Shown here: positions 29,208-38,940 of the stretch, one piece after another
Position numbering within the stretch: the stretch's first letter is position 1
Layout: each line of letters begins with the position of its first letter
NCBI GenBank assembly: GCA_034669905.1
Contig: JAXMOL010000022.1
Span: 45,007-109,006 of the forward strand
Reading direction: 5' to 3'
Length of the DNA: 64,000 nucleotides
DNA from: Candidatus Hydrogenedentota bacterium
GTDB taxonomy: Bacteria > Hydrogenedentota > Hydrogenedentia > Hydrogenedentales > JAEUWI01
Notes under the pieces: model-generated
Database searches by the model: none
Seen by the model: only the letters and a program-made list of their open reading frames with translations
Told to the model about the DNA's origin: nothing
Position numbers and translations under genes: made by a program

Positions 29208-30301
29208 GCAAGGGCTTCCTGGTAGCACTGCCACTCGCGCTCGGCAATGATGTCGGCACGAAAATCGGTTTCTATACGCAAACGGGCTGCAGCGCCCAGT
29301 GCGCGGGCCTTCTCGGGGTCCGCCAGCAGGGCATTGATCGACTCCGCCAGGGCCGAAGGGTCATTGGGCTCCACATTATAGCCCGTTTCTCCGTCCACGT
29401 TGATATACTCAACCCCGGTCCCCAGTCGGGTGGCCACGACCGGTCGGCCCGCCGCATGGGCTTCCATGATGGCCACGCCGAAGGCTTCACTTCGCGCGAT
29501 GGAGGGAAAAGCGAAGAGCGTGCAGGCATGCAAATGATTGACCAGTTCTTCGTGAGACAAGGCCCCGGGAAAATGCATGGTCACGCCCTGGCGGGACGCA
29601 GCGGCCATCAGTGAAGCCCGCTCGGGGCCGTCCCCCCCGATTACGATGGGAGCTTCTATCCGGGCGGCGGCGTCCACCAGCACCTGGAGGCCCTTGTAGT
29701 AGCGGTGTTTCCCGCAAAAGAAAACGAAGCTTCCCCCGTATCGCCGTTGTAATGCGGCGACCTGCCCCGCATCAGGGCATTGAAAGGCGGCGACATCAAT
29801 TCCGAGTGGCACCACCTGGCACCGGTCACGGTGGGGCGCCAGGCATGCGGACGTTTCGAGGTACTGGGGCGAGGTGGGCAGGATACGGGCGGCACGCCGG
29901 AGCACCTCCTGTTGAATCGGGCCGTAGAATCGCATCGCGCGGGCCTGACGCACCACGTCGCTGTGGTAGCGAATCACCAGCGTTCCGGGACACCCCGCCA
30001 GGAGCCAGGCCACTTCGGCGGTTGGATTGGGCAGGTGCAACACAATGACATCCGCCTTGGCACGGCGCAGGTGCCAGGGAAACAGGGGCGCGACGGGCGC
30101 CTGCTGAAAACGGCCCCACTCCCCTACTTCCAGGACCGCAATGCCATCATGGTCCACCGGGCGGGTACGCCAACTGCGGCTACAGGTAAGGGCAGAGACC
30201 GCCCCCAAGGCCCGTTGGTGTTGGCAGGTTCGTGCCATGAACCCCTCGATCCCCCCCTGCACCGGCGGGTCAAAATCTTTGTATACGTGCAGGACTTTCA
30301 A
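29192..30301 (-). CDS. GT4-family glycosyltransferase
   Basis: KVLHVYKDFDPPVQGGIE, YHSDVVRQ, YKGL and EAFGVAIMEA; probable TTG start 30301. Confidence 0.92.
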   Translation of the reverse strand: MKVLHVYKDFDPPVQGGIEGFMARTCQHQRALGAVSALTCSRSWRTRPVDHDGIAVLEVGEWGRFQQAPVAPLFPWHLRRAKADVIVLHLPNPTAEVAWLLAGCPGTLVIRYHSDVVRQARAMRFYGPIQQEVLRRAARILPTSPQYLETSACLAPHRDRCQVVPLGIDVAAFQCPDAGQVAALQRRYGGSFVFFCGKHRYYKGLQVLVDAAARIEAPIVIGGDGPERASLMAAASRQGVTMHFPGALSHEELVNHLHACTLFAFPSIARSEAFGVAIMEAHAAGRPVVATRLGTGVEYINVDGETGYNVEPNDPSALAESINALLADPEKARALGAAARLRIETDFRADIIAEREWQCYQEALACVPK

Positions 30302-30472
30302 AAGCAGGTCTGATTCCGTAGGGTTTGGTTGAACGGGAACCTGAATTATGTGCGCTGGAAGGCGGTGAAGACAAGCTCTCCCCACCGATGATGTATGGGA
30401 CGCGGACACCATGCTATATTGCCGGGAGTGTTCTTCACACCACGACGTCTACCCGCAGGAGAAGCTCCCCGT

Positions 30473-32992
30473 ATGATGAACGAACCCCGCATCACCGATG
30501 CCGCCGAAGAGTCGGTCACGATCCCGGAGCCCGCACCAGAACGTGAGCCCCTTCCGGTTCCAGAGCGCGCGCGGGTCGTGATTGTAGGGGGAGGCATCGT
30601 GGGGTGCAGCGTGGCCTACCATTTGGGACACCTGGGGTGGCGTGATGTGGTGGTCCTGGAGCAAAGCGCGCTGGCCGGTGGTACGACCTGGCATGCCGCC
30701 GGAATGGTCGGCCAATTACGTACTTCGAACAGCCTCACGAAGATTAACAAATACAGCGTTCAATTGTACCAACAACTGGAGGCGGAAACCGGGGTTTCGA
30801 CCGGCTGGAAGGAAGTGGGCAGCCTTATCGTGGCGCAAAGCGAGGCGCGCATGACTCAGTTGCGGCGCACGGCAGCGATGGCCCAGCGTTTTGGCGTAGA
30901 AGCCCATCTCATTTCTCCCCGGGAATCACAGGACGCCTTTCCCTTGTTGCGCTCCGACGATCTCCTGGCTGGGGTATGGTTGCCCCACGACGGCAAGGTC
31001 AATCCGGAAGCCACGGCGAAAGCCCTGGCGCAGGGTGCGCGCAATCAGGGCGCCCTTATCAAAGAAAACACCCGGGTTACGGGACTTCGCGTCTCAGACG
31101 GTCGCGTCACGGGGGTGGATACGGCACAAGGCCCCATTGAAGCGGAGTATGTGGTTTTGTGCGGCGGTATGTGGACCCGCGAATTGGCCCTTAAAGCCGG
31201 GGTCACCGTCCCCCTCTATCCCGTGGAACATCACTACGTGGTGAGTGCGCCGCTCGAGGGCGCCTACGATGAACTTCCCTGCGGAAGGGACCCGGATGCC
31301 CAGATATACTTCCGCGGCGAAGGGGACGCCATCATGCTGGGGGCCTTCCAGTCCCGCTCCACCACGTGGGATCCATCTCCTCTCCCCCATCCTTTCTCCT
31401 TTTCTCTGTTGGAGGCGGATTGGGAGAAGTTTTCCCAGCCAATGACGGCGGGCAAGCACCGCATCCCGGCCCTGGCGGAAAGCGAGTTCCCCAAGTTTGT
31501 CAACGGTCCCGAGAGCTTCACGCCAGACAACAATTTCATCCTCGGGGAAACCCCGGAAGTGCAAGGGCTTTTCGTGGGCGCAGGCTTCAATTCCGTGGGT
31601 ATTGCCAGCGCGGGGGGCGCCGGAAAATACCTGGCCGAATGGATCGTTGCGGGTGAGGCCCCCCTTGATCTCTGGTCGGTGGATATTCGGCGCTTCATGC
31701 CCTACCACAACAACCGAAATTACTTACGTGAACGGGTAACCGAAGTGCTCGGGCTTCACTATCAGATGGCGTGGCCCAACCGGGAGCCCGAGACCGCCCG
31801 CAACCTGCGCCAGAGCCCGCTCCACGAGCGACTGAAGGCACAGGGGGCATGCTTTGGCGTCAAGATGGGCCTGGAACGCCCCAACTGGTTCGCCCCCGCG
31901 GGCGTGCTCCCACAAAACGACTACACCTTTGGAAAGCCCGCGTGGTTATCCCACAGCGGCGCCGAGCATCGGGCAACCCGGGAAAACGTGGCCCTCTTCG
32001 ACCAAACCTCCTTCTCCAAGTACCTGCTCGAAGGTCCCGATGCCCTGACGCTGTTACAGCGCTTATGCGGCGCCAATATCGACGTGGAGCCCGGAAGGGC
32101 GGTCTATACCGGGATGTTTAACGTACGGGGCGGTTTCGAGAGCGACCTTACCGTCCTTCCGCTGGCCCAGGACCGTTTCTATATCATCTCAGCATCGGCC
32201 CAGACACGCCGCGACTACCACTGGATTCGCCGCAGAATGACCCAGAAAACCCATGCCGTCCTCACCGATGTCACCACCGGCTACGGAGTCCTGGGGGTAA
32301 TGGGCCCGAACAGCCGAAAGCTATTGGAAAGGGTGAGCAACGCGGACTTTTCCAATGAGGCCTTTCCCCTGAACACCGCCCAGGAAATCGCCGTGGGCAT
32401 GGCGACTGCCCGTGCCCTGCGCATGAGCTATGTGGGCGAACTCGGCTGGGAGCTACACCTGCCGTTGGATCAGATGGCCGCGGCCTATGACGCCCTGTGG
32501 GAAGCCGGCCAGCCTCTGAACGTCTGTAATGCCGGTCATTACGCCATCAATTCGTTGCGATTGGAAAAGGGCTATCGGGCCTGGGGCGCCGACATCACCC
32601 CCGATGACACCCCCTTTGAAGCCGATCTCGCCTTTGCCGTTTCGTGGGAAAAGACGACTCCCTTCATCGGACACGAGGCCCTGTTGGAGAAGTGGGAAAA
32701 CCTTCCACGAAAACAGCTGGTATCGCTGGTGCTGGACGACCCGGAAATCATGTTGTGGGGCAATGAACCGATCGCCCGTGATGGTGTGGAGGTGGGGCAC
32801 ACGACTTCGGCAGCCTATGGGCACACCCTCGGGGGGGCAGTGGCCCTGGGATACATCCACCACAACGACGGGATTACTCCCGAGTTTCTCGAGGAAGGGA
32901 AATACAGCATTCTATGCGATGGTCAGACGTGCAGCGCCCGGCTATATCGCACCCCGCCCTACGATCCCGGCCGAAAACGTCTTCGAATGTAA
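30473..32992 (+). CDS. GcvT-family FAD-dependent oxidoreductase (sarcosine/dimethylglycine dehydrogenase-like)
   Basis: GGGIVG, GTTWHAAG, NGPESFTPD, YVGELGWE and SLRLEKGY. Confidence 0.93.
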   Translation: MMNEPRITDAAEESVTIPEPAPEREPLPVPERARVVIVGGGIVGCSVAYHLGHLGWRDVVVLEQSALAGGTTWHAAGMVGQLRTSNSLTKINKYSVQLYQQLEAETGVSTGWKEVGSLIVAQSEARMTQLRRTAAMAQRFGVEAHLISPRESQDAFPLLRSDDLLAGVWLPHDGKVNPEATAKALAQGARNQGALIKENTRVTGLRVSDGRVTGVDTAQGPIEAEYVVLCGGMWTRELALKAGVTVPLYPVEHHYVVSAPLEGAYDELPCGRDPDAQIYFRGEGDAIMLGAFQSRSTTWDPSPLPHPFSFSLLEADWEKFSQPMTAGKHRIPALAESEFPKFVNGPESFTPDNNFILGETPEVQGLFVGAGFNSVGIASAGGAGKYLAEWIVAGEAPLDLWSVDIRRFMPYHNNRNYLRERVTEVLGLHYQMAWPNREPETARNLRQSPLHERLKAQGACFGVKMGLERPNWFAPAGVLPQNDYTFGKPAWLSHSGAEHRATRENVALFDQTSFSKYLLEGPDALTLLQRLCGANIDVEPGRAVYTGMFNVRGGFESDLTVLPLAQDRFYIISASAQTRRDYHWIRRRMTQKTHAVLTDVTTGYGVLGVMGPNSRKLLERVSNADFSNEAFPLNTAQEIAVGMATARALRMSYVGELGWELHLPLDQMAAAYDALWEAGQPLNVCNAGHYAINSLRLEKGYRAWGADITPDDTPFEADLAFAVSWEKTTPFIGHEALLEKWENLPRKQLVSLVLDDPEIMLWGNEPIARDGVEVGHTTSAAYGHTLGGAVALGYIHHNDGITPEFLEEGKYSILCDGQTCSARLYRTPPYDPGRKRLRM

Positions 32993-33117
32993 CATACACA
33001 TTACGTATACCCCGCAGAAGCACAGTATCTTTCGCGCTTCGTCACACAAATGTTACAGGTCGCCGGGCACAATTCCTACAGCGGTTGCGCTAGTCAAATC
33101 ACTGTGAGGAATGTACG

Positions 33118-33318
33118 ATGAAAAAAGAGTTTGGGAAAAAGAAATCCTTTGCCGCAACGGATGCCAATCCTATCCTGGCGACCAACACCTGCGACATCAC
33201 CTTAACCCCCGAGGGGCTCGCCTATCTGGGTGTCCTCCCACACCAACCGATAGGGACGAAGCCCCCTTCTCCCCGGCCGGCCATGAAGACGGCACGGCTC
33301 ATCAAGCGGGCCATGTAG
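33118..33318 (+). CDS. Small hypothetical protein (66 aa)
   Basis: GAGGA RBS; fills the intergenic gap; followed by a hairpin with T-run. Confidence 0.5.
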   Translation: MKKEFGKKKSFAATDANPILATNTCDITLTPEGLAYLGVLPHQPIGTKPPSPRPAMKTARLIKRAM

Positions 33319-33395
33319 TGGTGCGACTACTGCCGCTGTCCCGGTAAGCGAGATTTCGTCGGACCTGCCCCTTCGAAATACCGCGTCCGCCGGGC

Positions 33396-33451
33396 ACGGG
33401 GGATGGTGTGAATGTCACGGTAGTGAGTTCCCCATCCCCCCGTTTTGCTTT
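33396..33451 (+). terminator. Possible terminator between convergent genes
   Basis: ACGGGGGATGG...CCATCCCCCCGT stem with one bulge, followed by TTTGCTTT. Confidence 0.5.
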
Positions 33452-33497
33452 CCACGTGGCCACCTCCCGACCGTTGACTCCTGCAGGCAACATCCCC

Positions 33498-34037
33498 CTA
33501 TCGAATGGCCTTGCTCATATCCACCATACTCGTATCCACATTGTTCAAAACGGTCCCGCGCAGGACGGTGCTTTTCAAGATGGCCACGGGCGTTTTTCCG
33601 AAGTATTTCATCCAGAGACGTGCATCGGTCATATCGGACGCACTGAGATCGGCTTTGGAAAGATCAGCCCCACTTAAATTGGCCCCGATCAACTTGGCCT
33701 TGCTGAGGTCTGCGCCGCGCAGATTTACCGAGTAGAGATTGCACCCCGAAAAATCCGCCCCCATTAACGTGGCGCCACTGAGGATAGAGCGACTCAGATT
33801 GGCGCCCGCCACCCGTGCGTCGGTGAGATCGGCCAGCGAGAAATTGGCGTTCGCCAATTCGGCCTTCTCCAGCCCCGCCCCCGTCAAATCGACATCCCGA
33901 AAATTCACTCCTTGCAATTGCTTGTTACACAAATCGATTCCCCGGAGATCGGGCCGGGCCTCTTTGTTTTCTTCACGCCACCTGTTCCACGCCTTCACAC
34001 CGTCTTCCAACAGCGATTCGTACACGCTATTCGCCAT
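33498..34037 (-). CDS. Pentapeptide repeat protein
   Basis: GVKAWNRWR N-terminus followed by A(D/N)Lxx repeats. Confidence 0.93.
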   Translation of the reverse strand: MANSVYESLLEDGVKAWNRWREENKEARPDLRGIDLCNKQLQGVNFRDVDLTGAGLEKAELANANFSLADLTDARVAGANLSRSILSGATLMGADFSGCNLYSVNLRGADLSKAKLIGANLSGADLSKADLSASDMTDARLWMKYFGKTPVAILKSTVLRGTVLNNVDTSMVDMSKAIR

Positions 34038-34075
34038 TCAAACTACCCTCTCAATCAATCGCCTGGTGGAGCAAC

Positions 34076-34795
34076 CTATCCCGACTCGCCCAACGTTAAG
34101 GTCAACAAACTGAAATCCATGCCCCGCATCGGCGCGCCACCATTGTGAAAGGTAACTCCGCCGTAGCGGGCACCATCCACCGCCACATGGGTATGCCCGA
34201 AATACACGTTCTCTACCCCTTCCGGCTCGCCGTGTCCAATATCATGAATGTAGGCGTGCACCCGTTCGAGCGTACGGCGTGGCGGGTGGGCCAGCCGTGA
34301 AATGGCCACATGGGCACGAGCGCGGAAGGCAGCATCGTACAAGCGGTTCTTCACGGGGCCCTGTTTCTTGTGGTGCATCCATGCCGACCGAAAGGCCTCC
34401 AGCTGGGCCTGATTCATTTTTCGGGTCGCCACATCGCCATGGATAAACAGGGTATTCTCGATGCGCAAGTAGTAGGGATGCCAACTGAGGTTTTCCGTTT
34501 CTTCGGCCAGCTCCGAAAGGGCATCAATAAAGCCCTGGACGTGATCATGGTTTCCAAGGTTCACATGGAACTGACACGTGGGATAGCGCCCCGCCAATGC
34601 ACGCAGATAGGCAATCGCGGCGTCAATCGTCGCTTCCACACTGGGAAGGGTGGTCCATTTGAAGTCGACCGTGTCTCCATTGAAGACAAAGAGGTCCGCC
34701 GAGGCGGCGGCTGATTCGATGTCTTCCAGATGCTCTTCCCAATGGGAGCGCTTGCAGAACATATGCAGGTCGGATACGACACAGACCGTTTTCAT
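34076..34795 (-). CDS. Calcineurin-like metallophosphoesterase (LpxH-like)
   Basis: SDLH, GD, GNHD, HGD and FGHTH motifs. Confidence 0.88.
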   Translation of the reverse strand: MKTVCVVSDLHMFCKRSHWEEHLEDIESAAASADLFVFNGDTVDFKWTTLPSVEATIDAAIAYLRALAGRYPTCQFHVNLGNHDHVQGFIDALSELAEETENLSWHPYYLRIENTLFIHGDVATRKMNQAQLEAFRSAWMHHKKQGPVKNRLYDAAFRARAHVAISRLAHPPRRTLERVHAYIHDIGHGEPEGVENVYFGHTHVAVDGARYGGVTFHNGGAPMRGMDFSLLTLTLGESG

Positions 34796-34945
34796 CGGAT
34801 TCCCTTCCTGGCACTTCGACTACTCAAACTATCGTCCAGTGTAGCATAGGGTCAGCGCTTCCATCGTCTGCCTGCCCGCCCATGACGATGCACGGACGCC
34901 GACCACTGGGCTATACTGCCCGTGCTAACTACTGAGGGGAATCTT

Positions 34946-37240
34946 ATGAAACCAACCACAATCAGTGCAATAACGCAAAAATGGCGGCAGCTCGCGCTAC
35001 TCACTATTCTGCTCCTTTCCGGAGGCTGCCCTACCACAACGCCGGACCCGGATCCCGATCCAGACCCCGATCCCGACCCGACCCCCACCACGGCACCCTA
35101 CGCCTTTCAATTGCCCCAGACTCTGGACAGTGACGGCGGCCCCGAAGCCATCGCCACAGGACGGCTCAATGGCGATGCCTATCCGGATATTGTCTCTGCC
35201 AATCGCACGGCCGACTCGGTCATGGTCTGGCTTTCTACCGGACCCGACACCTTTGCAAGTCCCCGGCGCCTGTTGCTCAACGGCGTCGAGCCTCGGGGCA
35301 TCACGATCAACAGCCGCTACAGCGACAACACGAAAGACATTCTGGTAGCCAACGCGGGAAGCCACAACGTTACGCGTTTTCGACTGGACGCCAACGGCGA
35401 TCACGCCCCGGCGGAGCTCACCGCCCTCGCCGATGGGGCCACGCCCGTGGACTTGGTCACGGCTGATTTTAACGGCGATGGTGTGGGTGACGTTGCGACG
35501 GCCAATGAAGCACTCAATACGGTCTCCGTGTTGCTCGGCATGGCAGATGGCATGTTCTCTCCACCCGTCGATATTGCCACCAGTGCGGGCCCGCGCTCGA
35601 TCTGTGCGGGAGACTTTGATGGCGACGGGGATGTCGACTTAGCCACAGCGAACCGCAATGCCGATTCCCTGACCATCCTGGAGAACGATGGAACGGGTGG
35701 CTTCGCAACGACCTTCGACGAAGCCACGGGCTCGGTACCTCGAGCTGTCGTTACGGTAGACGTTGACGGAGACGGCCGGGACGACCTTATCGCCACGAGC
35801 CCGTCGAATAACGCCATCGCACTCCACCGCGCCAACAGCCAGGGTGGCTTCAATGCTGCCGTCTTCCTGACGGTTGATGGCAATCCAACGCGCCTGGCCG
35901 TGGGAGACTACACGGGTGACGGAAACGACGACCTGCTGGCGGTGACCTTTGCCAGTGACACGGCCTCTATCGCCTCCGGAAAGCTCGTCTGTCTTGCCGG
36001 GGACGGGCAAGGGAACTTTGAGTACCACGGCGACTTCCAGGTGGCACCCGGCGGGGTGGCCCTGGTCGCCGACGACATGGACCGAGACGGCAACACCGAT
36101 CTGGTCTTTTCGAACACTGCCGAAGACTACGTGGGCACCGCCCTGGGCGACGGCGAAAGTCTCGCGACGGAGCGGCGCTTTCCGGTGGGCACCCGGCCAC
36201 GCATGGTGGTCCCGGGTGACTTTAACCGGGATGGTTCCGTAGACCTCCTCGTCGCCAATCTGGACAGCAATGACGTGACCTTCCTCCCCGGCGACGGCAA
36301 GGGCGGATTTGATACGGGCACGAGCATTCCGGCGGGTGGCAGCGCGCGGGCGATTGCCACCGCCCACCTGAACGGCGACAGCAATCTCGACTTTGTGGTG
36401 ACCAACCTCAACGAAAGCCGGGTGGCCGTCTTTCTGGGGCAAGGCAATGGCACCTTTCAGAGCCCCGCATACCTGGACGTGCGGGATGAGAGCAGTACCC
36501 GTTCGGCGGAACCCCGCTCCCTGGCACTGGTGGATGTAAACGGCGACACGCATATCGATCTAATCGTGGGCAACGCGAATCGGGACTCCGTCGCGGTCCT
36601 CCTCGGTAGTGGCACGGGCACCTTCGCCGATCCGGTGGAGTACGACGTGGGCAACTTTCCCCTATCGGTGCAGCTCGCCGACTTTGATGAAAACGGCACG
36701 CTGGACCTGGTGGTCGCCAATGGCGTGGACGCCGACGGAGAGGGCACCCAGACATCGTCTCTACACCTGCTGCTGGGTGCGGGCGACGGTACCTTTGACG
36801 CGGAAGATTCCCTGGGCTATCTGGTGAATGCCGCGCCGGGTGCGCTGATCGCGAAAGACCTCACGCGGGATGGCCATGTGGATGTGGCCACGTCGCACAG
36901 CACCCTGGGAAGCATTCAACTCACCAATGGACGGGGCGACGGCCGCTTTGGCGGGGGTAGTGTCTTTGCCATGGGCACCAACCCCAACAGCATCACCACG
37001 GCCGACCTCGATAAGGATGGCGCCCTCGACCTGGTGGCCACCAACACGGATGGTCATGTATCCATCCGGCTCTACGATCGGCTCCTTGGTTTCGGCAGCC
37101 GCACGGCAATCCCCATCGGCTCGGGGTCTGGTCCGATAGAGGTGCTGGTGCATGACATCAATGGCGACGGCAATCTGGATCTCATCACGCCCAATCGCAC
37201 GAGCAATGACGTTTCCGTTGTCTTAGGCGCATCCCCCTGA
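34946..37240 (+). CDS. FG-GAP/VCBS-repeat beta-propeller lipoprotein
   Basis: Lipobox-like SGGC, a (PD)n linker and many DxNxDGxxDL repeats. Confidence 0.9.
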   Translation: MKPTTISAITQKWRQLALLTILLLSGGCPTTTPDPDPDPDPDPDPTPTTAPYAFQLPQTLDSDGGPEAIATGRLNGDAYPDIVSANRTADSVMVWLSTGPDTFASPRRLLLNGVEPRGITINSRYSDNTKDILVANAGSHNVTRFRLDANGDHAPAELTALADGATPVDLVTADFNGDGVGDVATANEALNTVSVLLGMADGMFSPPVDIATSAGPRSICAGDFDGDGDVDLATANRNADSLTILENDGTGGFATTFDEATGSVPRAVVTVDVDGDGRDDLIATSPSNNAIALHRANSQGGFNAAVFLTVDGNPTRLAVGDYTGDGNDDLLAVTFASDTASIASGKLVCLAGDGQGNFEYHGDFQVAPGGVALVADDMDRDGNTDLVFSNTAEDYVGTALGDGESLATERRFPVGTRPRMVVPGDFNRDGSVDLLVANLDSNDVTFLPGDGKGGFDTGTSIPAGGSARAIATAHLNGDSNLDFVVTNLNESRVAVFLGQGNGTFQSPAYLDVRDESSTRSAEPRSLALVDVNGDTHIDLIVGNANRDSVAVLLGSGTGTFADPVEYDVGNFPLSVQLADFDENGTLDLVVANGVDADGEGTQTSSLHLLLGAGDGTFDAEDSLGYLVNAAPGALIAKDLTRDGHVDVATSHSTLGSIQLTNGRGDGRFGGGSVFAMGTNPNSITTADLDKDGALDLVATNTDGHVSIRLYDRLLGFGSRTAIPIGSGSGPIEVLVHDINGDGNLDLITPNRTSNDVSVVLGASP

Positions 37241-37280
37241 GCTGTACCAAAATAGCGCGGCATTTGCCGCACATTTTCCT

Positions 37281-37308
37281 TTGCAATTTCTGAGGTCGGT
37301 GGTATACT
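37281..37308 (+). promoter_or_regulatory. Sigma70 promoter with extended -10 that points at no ORF
   Basis: TTGCAA (37281-37286), N16, TATACT (37303-37308) preceded by TGG. Confidence 0.75.
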
Positions 37309-37314
37309 GAATTT

Positions 37315-37750
37315 GGACCCGGGATAGGGATTCCAAGACGGCCAGCGAGCCACCCGGCAAGGGGCCAGTAAGGAGCAATTACTGGTGCTGGCAAGGTGGG
37401 AATCTGATAACCCCCGGGCCCCGACAATGCGGTAAAAGCCGCATCGCGGACCGACATATGGGGTCTGGCCGGAAACCAGGCTGTCGGCTTCGCAGCGGAT
37501 TTCGCCGCTTTGGATAACGGTGGAAATAGTGCTCTAGTGCATACGTTGTGCGCATGTCCTCAAGACAGGACGGCAGAGGCCACAATACGAGCCCAGACCC
37601 AAGAGCGCAGATAACGTAACTATTTCCACCCCTAGAAATAGCGGAAGTTGCGTAACGAGAACGCTTTGTAAGGGTCCCAAACAGGATCGAAAAGGGCCAC
37701 GTGAAGTGCCCATACCCGAACAGCGAAGCCTTTTCGACGCCACTTCCGCT
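37315..37750 (+). ncRNA. Candidate large structured non-coding RNA (~435 nt), class unrecognised
   Basis: Own promoter; consecutive nested helical domains including a perfect 12-bp and a 13/14-bp long-range stem; G-U pairs favour the plus strand; no credible ORF. Confidence 0.7.
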
Positions 37751-37808
37751 TTCGCTTGTCTACCCCCTCCTCCTACCCCCTGCACACGGCCATCTATACC
37801 TGCTTTTT

Positions 37809-38891
37809 TCAGTATGGTGGCAAGAGCCGCCTGAACCCATGCCCCAAGATGACGAGGGCAAAAAATACGTTTCGCACTACCACGCCCACCCCGTTCATCG
37901 AGACAGGCCGCGTCACTTCCCTCCGTCGGGCCGCACGTGCAGCCGTCAAGCCAACATGCCGAATCCAGTTCAATCCACAGGGCCACTCGATTAGCGCTTC
38001 CCGCCAGGCGACCGGTATACCCTCCTCACCAACACGAGCCCCGATGATGGCGCCGACGATGGCCGCCGAGGTATCCGTGTCACCACCACATCGAATCACC
38101 TCCTCGACGGCCGTGGCATAGTCTTCGGGGTGACGCAACCAGGCATGCAACACAATGGGCACAGTATGATAGCTGTAGCCAGTAATACCTTCTTCCAACC
38201 CCATCGCCCCGGCAGCGAAATCCCCCGTTGATTCGCCGGCGGTCAGACTGCGCCTCACTCGGCCCAACAGGTCGTAGAACTCTTCACCGTCTGCCCAAAG
38301 CTCTGCCTCACAAGCGGCGAAGAAGTCATCGGCCTCCAAGGCGACGTCTTTTCGACTCGACATACACGCCGCCAGCGCCACCGCCTGTGCGGCATATTCC
38401 GCCTTGGGGTCCCGATGGGTCAGCATGCTGGAGCAACGGACCAATGCACGGCGACGCGTAGCGTCCCGTTCATAGAGTACGCCAAGGATTGGACTCCGCA
38501 TCGACGGTCCATTGCCCGCCGAGAAGACCCCACTTCGGGAAGGCCCGAATCCCAGCCAAAGCTTCAGGATGCTCTTCAGTGTGGCCAACCCTATTCCCGC
38601 GGGCATACGGAGCAACCAGAAGCGGAGTCGCCAGGACAGATTTCTCGTGAACTGGGCCGGCTCACCACCAGAGGCCGCCACGGCCTGGGCCACCATGCAG
38701 GCGTGTTCCGTATCATCCGATACCATGCCGCGCCCGAAGAACAACCTGGGACGATCCAGCGTGGGTACCCAACGGGCCTGACGACGACGGGAAATACCCT
38801 CCCAAGGCAGCCCAAGGGCGTCGCCCACCGCCATACCAATGAGCGCACCGACGACAGCTTCTTCCGGCGTTACCGAGTTTGCTTCAGCCAA
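37809..38891 (-). CDS. ADP-ribosylglycohydrolase family protein
   Basis: GMAVGDALGLP, SDDTE, SAGNG, LTH and GGDTDT. Confidence 0.93.
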   Translation of the reverse strand: MAEANSVTPEEAVVGALIGMAVGDALGLPWEGISRRRQARWVPTLDRPRLFFGRGMVSDDTEHACMVAQAVAASGGEPAQFTRNLSWRLRFWLLRMPAGIGLATLKSILKLWLGFGPSRSGVFSAGNGPSMRSPILGVLYERDATRRRALVRCSSMLTHRDPKAEYAAQAVALAACMSSRKDVALEADDFFAACEAELWADGEEFYDLLGRVRRSLTAGESTGDFAAGAMGLEEGITGYSYHTVPIVLHAWLRHPEDYATAVEEVIRCGGDTDTSAAIVGAIIGARVGEEGIPVAWREALIEWPCGLNWIRHVGLTAARAARRREVTRPVSMNGVGVVVRNVFFALVILGHGFRRLLPPY

Positions 38892-38940
38892 CCTGTTTCC
38901 TCACACACTGCGTTCGCTCCAAGGCGTTGGAAGAAGCTTC

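Noticed and set aside
32988..33006. TGTAA...TTACG palindrome as a CRP/NtcA-type site
   Set aside because: The spacing does not fit either consensus and it overlaps the upstream stop codon
35042..35085. Short hexamer repeat as a regulatory or contingency locus
   Set aside because: It encodes an ordinary (Pro-Asp)n lipoprotein linker with mixed codons
37315..37750. Identification of the structured RNA as tmRNA, RNase P, SRP, 6S or a self-splicing intron
   Set aside because: I found none of their signature sequences on either strand by eye
37534..37986. ORFs of 60-150 aa overlapping the 37.2-37.8 kb gap
   Set aside because: No RBS, unnatural composition, and they overlap the ADP-ribosylglycohydrolase or the paired RNA domains
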